Below, piece by piece: positions 27,453 to 32,000 of a stretch of 32,000 nt of DNA. How positions within the stretch are numbered: position 1 is the stretch's first letter; each line of letters starts with the position of its first letter. Source of the stretch: Candidatus Heimdallarchaeota archaeon (GTDB lineage: Archaea; Asgardarchaeota; Heimdallarchaeia; JABLTI01); contig JAUWKS010000021.1 in NCBI GenBank assembly GCA_030614005.1, forward strand, positions 19,345-51,344, written 5' to 3'. The position numbers and the translations under genes were made by a program. A model generated the notes under the pieces. The model did not search any database. It saw only the letters and a list, made by a program, of their open reading frames with translations, and was not told the DNA's origin.

Positions 27453-27505
27453 ATATTTAATAACAAGAAAACAACCACAAAAAAATAGATTTATAAAAAG
27501 TCAAA

Positions 27506-28100
27506 CTATTTCTTGATTTCTTCAATAATTGGCACTATACCTTCCAATGGCATATTTTGTAAACAGTTTGGACATGTACCTTGTGTTTTCACCTACTCTT
27601 GTAGATGTTTCAGATGGCTCTTTGCTTCACATAAAGAGCATTTACCAATTTCTTCAGCAAAGGAGATTGGAAGTTTGCATACAGAGCATGTAAGTATTTC
27701 CTTTTGGCAGCTGGAGCATTTTTTCGAAGCAAAATTATCAATAATATTTCCACAAGAATTACAAGAATATATTCTAATGGTTGAAATTGGCTTTTTAATT
27801 AAATCTTGAATAATGCCATCAGTTTTCTCTTTCTTAATGAAAACTTGTTCATATGGTTTATACTCACCTAATTCAGGTTTTTCTTCAAGAATTTCCTTGA
27901 TTAGCTCTTCAACGATTTCCTTTGGAACAGAAGATAATTCAACGATACGAGGTAAGAGCATAGGAATATTAGGAGTAACCTTCAAAAGAATATCTAAGAT
28001 TATTTTATAACTAATTTGTTTTTTCTTTTGTTTTATTGCTTCATAGTATGGATAAGCAAATTTTTCAACATCAGAATAACCTTTTTTCACAGCGAATGTA
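27506..28100 (-). pseudogene. Zinc-ribbon/RING protein remnant with in-frame TAG and missing 5' end
   Basis: Homologous to the C-terminal ~180 aa of 20109-21302. TAG at 27593-95 replaces the Trp of HLQEW, and the frame continues VKTQGTCPNCLQNM...KK to a stop at 27506-08. The annotated start region (28101-28162) is antisense to the FG-GAP gene. Confidence 0.8.
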
Positions 28101-28847
28101 ATTATTGCAGATTTATATAACGACGGTGAAATAGAGATAATTTTCGGTTCTGAAAATAGCAATATAATCTGTCTAAACAGTCAAGGGAAAAAACAATGGT
28201 CATATAGTACAGATGATTGGATATTTTCTTCACCGGCAATATATGATTTAGATAAAGATGGCTATAAGGAAATTTTAATCGGTTCTTATGATAAAAACAT
28301 CTACTGTTTAAATTATGATGGTTCTTTGTCTTGGAAATTTGCCACTGATAATCTAATTTTCTCCTCTCCCTCTGTTACTGATTTAGAGAATGATGGATTT
28401 ATGGAAATTCTTTGTGGTTCTGATGACAATTATCTTTATTGTTTGGATTATTTGGGTAAAGAAATTTGGTCGTATAAAACAGATAATATGATTTTTTCCA
28501 GCCCTTTAATTGCTGATATTAATAATGATGATTTGTCGGAAATAATCATCTGTTCTACAGACAATTTCGTTTATTCCTTATCTCTAACAGGTGTTTCTCA
28601 ATCAGGGGATAACCCTTGGTATTGTTTCAGAGGTTCTATTCTCCATACCGGGTGGATGGATTCTGACAATGATTTCATAGATGATCTAACTGAAAGCTAT
28701 CTTAGTGATCCCGATTATCCTCTTACGAACAACATCTTCCCCTCATTTGACTTGTCAAATAAGAACTCAATAATAGTAGTAACTCTGGTATCCATAACAC
28801 TAATATATATACTTCGAACGAAGAGAAAAAGAAAACGCTTCGTTTAA
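28101..28847 (+). pseudogene. FG-GAP/VCBS-like beta-propeller surface protein, 5'-truncated
   Basis: The frame is open from 28080 with no start until 28326. Four repeats: ADLYNDGEIEIIFGS, YDLDKDGYKEILIGS, TDLENDGFMEILCGS and ADINNDDLSEIIICS. It has a W.CFRG...HTG motif and a C-terminal TM plus KRKRK, but no signal peptide. Confidence 0.78.
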
Positions 28848-28871
28848 TAACATCAATTAATACTTGCTTGC

Positions 28872-28937
28872 AGCGACACCGATGTACCAAAAAGGTTAAT
28901 GTTCCTCAAAACATAACTTGAACATCGGTACGTCGCT
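28872..28937. other. Long imperfect intergenic stem-loop
   Basis: AGCGAC/ACCGATGT (28872-85) pairs with ACATCGGT-ac-GTCGCT (28922-37); an inner stem GTT(A)ATGTT/AACATAAC is also present. Confidence 0.6.
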
Positions 28938-29019
28938 CATTTTCTATCTTTTTATAGTTTGAATTACACTTCTTAGCAAGTTTGAAAGCATTAATCATTG
29001 AAATTTGAGGAACATTAAC

Positions 29020-29376
29020 ATGATACAAGCTATAGAAATTGTGAAGGATCCTGAAGAAGAAGCACTCTTACAGGAAGCTCTTCGCGAAAGAGAAATGGAT
29101 CTATGTAACTCCTTGATTCTCTCCTATAGACAAGCTATTACAAGCTCTAAAGTCTATTTCCGGCAAGAAGAATGTCTTATCAATGTTGTAAAAGAGAAAA
29201 TCAATTTCTATTTTCCAACAAATGCGTGGATAAAAGTGGACTATATCATACGATATAATTTCCGCTCAGTTCAAAAAAAATCCACCATAGACAGAACACT
29301 TACCAGATGTGAACTTGAGGAAATATTTAGTTTCCTATGTATGAGTGAACTTATCGACTATTTCGGTCGAACTTGA
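29020..29376 (+). CDS. Hypothetical protein
   Basis: ORF with a GAGG RBS-like site 9 nt before the ATG at 29020; no recognisable motif. Confidence 0.55.
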   Translation: MIQAIEIVKDPEEEALLQEALREREMDLCNSLILSYRQAITSSKVYFRQEECLINVVKEKINFYFPTNAWIKVDYIIRYNFRSVQKKSTIDRTLTRCELEEIFSFLCMSELIDYFGRT

Positions 29377-29665
29377 GTTCATTCTTCCCTTTCTTTTTTT
29401 ATAGCGATAAAAATCATGTTAATACAAAAAAATTTCAATAACAAAAAATGCTTTCATACTCCCAATTCTAAGTGTCCATTTCTTAATATTTAACCTTTCA
29501 AGTGAAGCAAAACAAGGAATAGGAAAAATGTCAAACACATGACTTTTGTCCCCCGACACAAACAGTTTTTTTGGGAAATGGTTAAATAATATCATCAGTT
29601 TCGTAATTCTGATTACTTTTCTCTGGAGAGAGAGAAAATCTAAGAAAGAAAAAGGATGTATTATT

Positions 29666-31309
29666 TTGAGACATACGAAAGGAAAGAAGATTGTGCTTAT
29701 GATATTTATGCTCACAATTTTCACATTGATACCCATTACTTCAGTTATAGCTGAAGCAGTTAAAATGGGCGACCCGTCAATTGAACATGTATCTTCTCAG
29801 CTAAGGGTACCTGAAGAGATGCAAAAATTATCTGCTAATGATACTGTTACAGATGCAATTTATTATCTTGATGTCGAATTACTGGCGACAAAACGGATGG
29901 CTGCAAATGTGAATGGTACTTTATCGTTCAAAGATGACTTGCGAGATTATGGAATGGCAAATGGTTATCGGTTAAATAGGAATTTATCCATAACAAATGA
30001 TTTTGGTGTTTGGGCAGATATGAACACTAAAGAATCAAAAACGACTATCTCACCATTTATTATAGAAGGGTTGAACAATATTCCAGAAAAAATAACTTTT
30101 ATATTGGAATTAACATCCATCAATCCGAATGATGAACTTGAATATAGTAAAACAATAGAGTTTGTCGTAACTACATTTCAAACTGAAATTGATATTCTCA
30201 GCATTAGTAGTCCCGGAGATTATTACAAAGGGTATCAAGTTCCGATAAATATGTACATTAAGAACGTAAGAAGCTATTATGCTACAAGTGGCTATGTAAC
30301 TATCCAAGTGAAAATCAGATCAATTGAAGCAGGAGAAACAGGTGATGAATATGAAATTTATGATGGTGGTCTAACGCCTTTAGAATTAACCGATACCAAA
30401 ACGTTTTCGGTTACAATTCAACCATTAGAGACTAAACTAATACGGTTTAAAATTGACTTTTCAGGCTACTCTAATGGGGCAATGAATATTGGTGAATGGA
30501 AAATTGCTCAAGTATACGTTGATGCTGGCAACGCTCATGATACTGTAGATGAAGGAGACTCAGATTTCAATCAACATATAAGTGATCCAAATTATAGAAT
30601 ACATAAAAGACCAAAAAGTATGCAACCACATCCAGTATTCGTTTATTACATGTGGAATTCAGGAGGATCAGGAGACGATTGGGGTGGAACAAATCCCCTG
30701 CCATGGATAATTGATGGTAATGGTGACGGTTCTGTTTCTGCAGGTTTGTGGCGATTTAACACCTATGATAGTAATATTCCAGTTCGATTCAATATGATCA
30801 TCTGTGTTGATGATCCAACGTGGGATATTCCCTCAACGCTTTCTGATAGTCGAAATATTTTAACCAATGGAAAGAATCATGTAGCGAACGTTCTAAATAT
30901 AGTTGGAAATACTTGGTTAGGAAGTACCTATTATTTAAAAAGTCGAAATTGCGGATTCGATATTCTATTAATGGCAGCTGGAAGAAGTGCTACATATGCG
31001 GCTGGATTAGGTCCGGAAAATACTGCAATTGTTTGTAAGTCGGGTCCTGCAACCCTAAATATTGATTGGAAAAAAAATATTGATGGTTTAGCTCAACATG
31101 AAGTTTCGCATCTTTTTGGGTGCTTAGATTATAATCCGCCTGATGGTCATCCTAAGACCGATTGTATAATGTTTTACAATTGGTGGAAAAATTGCATCTA
31201 TGAGATGTGCTATAATGCTTTTATAAAAAAACAAACTCCTAATTGGTGTGATCATTGCCAAACTATATTTGATACTAATTGGGATAGATTTGATTTTTAT
31301 TATCCATAA
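29666..31309 (+). CDS. Secreted metzincin-type zinc metalloprotease with a central Ig-like region
   Basis: HEVSHLFGCLD zinc motif and CIM Met-turn. The start is placed at the TTG at 29666 because it gives a signal peptide (MRHTKGKKIVLMIFMLTIFTLIP...); the ORF track starts at 29546. Confidence 0.8.
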   Translation: MRHTKGKKIVLMIFMLTIFTLIPITSVIAEAVKMGDPSIEHVSSQLRVPEEMQKLSANDTVTDAIYYLDVELLATKRMAANVNGTLSFKDDLRDYGMANGYRLNRNLSITNDFGVWADMNTKESKTTISPFIIEGLNNIPEKITFILELTSINPNDELEYSKTIEFVVTTFQTEIDILSISSPGDYYKGYQVPINMYIKNVRSYYATSGYVTIQVKIRSIEAGETGDEYEIYDGGLTPLELTDTKTFSVTIQPLETKLIRFKIDFSGYSNGAMNIGEWKIAQVYVDAGNAHDTVDEGDSDFNQHISDPNYRIHKRPKSMQPHPVFVYYMWNSGGSGDDWGGTNPLPWIIDGNGDGSVSAGLWRFNTYDSNIPVRFNMIICVDDPTWDIPSTLSDSRNILTNGKNHVANVLNIVGNTWLGSTYYLKSRNCGFDILLMAAGRSATYAAGLGPENTAIVCKSGPATLNIDWKKNIDGLAQHEVSHLFGCLDYNPPDGHPKTDCIMFYNWWKNCIYEMCYNAFIKKQTPNWCDHCQTIFDTNWDRFDFYYP

Positions 31310-31384
31310 ACAAATTTTAATTGTAAAATGAGTATATAACTATCATATACTCGTTCTACAATAACATATTGGAGGAAAATTATA

Positions 31385-31987
31385 ATGTTAAAAGGAAAAA
31401 GAACGAAACAAAGAAGTAAAGCACAATTAACCAAGATTTTTTCTAACATGGGATTAATGTTTTTGATTTTGAGTATACTGTTTGCCAATGTATCTCAAAG
31501 CTTAGGGAGTATGAATTATTATCCAGATAACAAATTAAGAATAAATGAGAAAATACACCAAGAGGCTTTCATCGATCATGTATATACACCTTTAGGTACG
31601 TATTTACTTCCTGAAGGTTCTACAATTAAAGTTAACTATACCGTCCTTCCTCAATCAAATTCAAGCGTTTCATTTCGTTATTACTATGATGAGCACAATT
31701 TTACCATATGGTCACCAATACCCCAAAATTGTATTCTTGCTCCAGGGGAATTTTTTGAAGGTACCTTTACTCTACAAACGGGTTTAACATCTCGTCTCGC
31801 GGAAGTAGGCTTTCAAGCTGCAGTTACAGATGGATTAACCAATGCCACTGTTCATTGGTGGTATGAAGTGCTTGTAACGGGTAAAACTCCTGCTGCTGGT
31901 TTTCTTGTTATAAGTGGGGCGTTAATTTTATTATCATTAGGAGTTATTGTCCACTCCAAAAGGAAAGCTATTAAAATTAACGAGTAG
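31385..31987 (+). CDS. Small membrane-anchored surface protein
   Basis: N-terminal signal/TM segment, beta-rich middle, and C-terminal TPAAGF plus TM plus basic tail. Confidence 0.7.
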   Translation: MLKGKRTKQRSKAQLTKIFSNMGLMFLILSILFANVSQSLGSMNYYPDNKLRINEKIHQEAFIDHVYTPLGTYLLPEGSTIKVNYTVLPQSNSSVSFRYYYDEHNFTIWSPIPQNCILAPGEFFEGTFTLQTGLTSRLAEVGFQAAVTDGLTNATVHWWYEVLVTGKTPAAGFLVISGALILLSLGVIVHSKRKAIKINE

Positions 31988-32000
31988 TTTTTCTTCTACA

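Noticed and set aside
27593-27595. Pyrrolysine or amber recoding
   Set aside because: TAG serves as a normal stop in closely packed genes here, the conserved residue is Trp (one base away), and the gene is also 5'-truncated.
6487-27809. Numerous antisense or nested ORFs (for example 6487-6765, 8928-9395, 14446-14940, 15928-16293, 24954-25349, 27513-27809)
   Set aside because: They lie opposite well-supported genes and have no independent motifs.
17571-28100. CRISPR array or mini-array near the cas-like genes
   Set aside because: No 23-47-bp repeat with regular spacers was seen in any intergenic region. The 13-bp motif is too short and irregularly spaced, and TCAGCAT x2 at 17934/17967 is too short.
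28101-28162. Annotated start MLFSEPKIISISPSLYKSAII of ORF 27593-28162
   Set aside because: Antisense to clear FG-GAP repeat coding sequence, so it is not a genuine N-terminus.
28872-28937. SECIS element
   Set aside because: No recognisable SECIS core motif and no UGA-containing selenoprotein candidate nearby.
17571-28950. Canonical casposon with long terminal inverted repeats, target-site duplication and PolB
   Set aside because: No PolB gene, and I could not find a convincing long TIR pair or TSD by eye. A computational inverted-repeat search is needed to exclude them.
29419-29736. Minus-strand 105-aa ORF with WTLRIGSMKAFFVI, faintly like a RelE toxin
   Set aside because: It overlaps the protease start and promoter, the similarity is limited to one short motif, and there is no antitoxin partner.

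Overview
AT-rich archaeal window, most likely from an Asgard archaeon (probably Heimdallarchaeia), judged from the presenilin, longin/DENN-like, RING and LVIVD surface proteins. The left half (1-17.6 kb) is mostly core genes: rps2, presenilin-family protease, infB/aIF5B, ndk, top6A, and a top6B with a large helix-hairpin-helix extension. It also holds two LVIVD surface proteins and a TnpB remnant missed by the ORF track. The right half (17.6-28.1 kb) is an accessory locus with a CRISPR-Cas-derived system that has no array. It contains a two-gene RAMP module (Cas7-like plus a RAMP fused to a Cas10-type HD nuclease fragment) and, divergently, AbrB, HEAT-RING and LAGLIDADG-HTH genes. These are followed by a four-gene operon: wHTH, a highly diverged multidomain Cas1 with an apparently intact E/H/D/E catalytic set, wHTH, and a Cas4-like nuclease. 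No CRISPR array, cas2, cas6, Cas10 palm or PolB is visible. A hairpin-rich, locally GC-rich segment follows the RAMP operon (candidate RNA), and a three-copy 13-bp motif precedes the Cas1 operon. The locus ends near a junction of two 5'-truncated genes at about 28.1 kb. All protein calls come from motif recognition by eye, not database searches.
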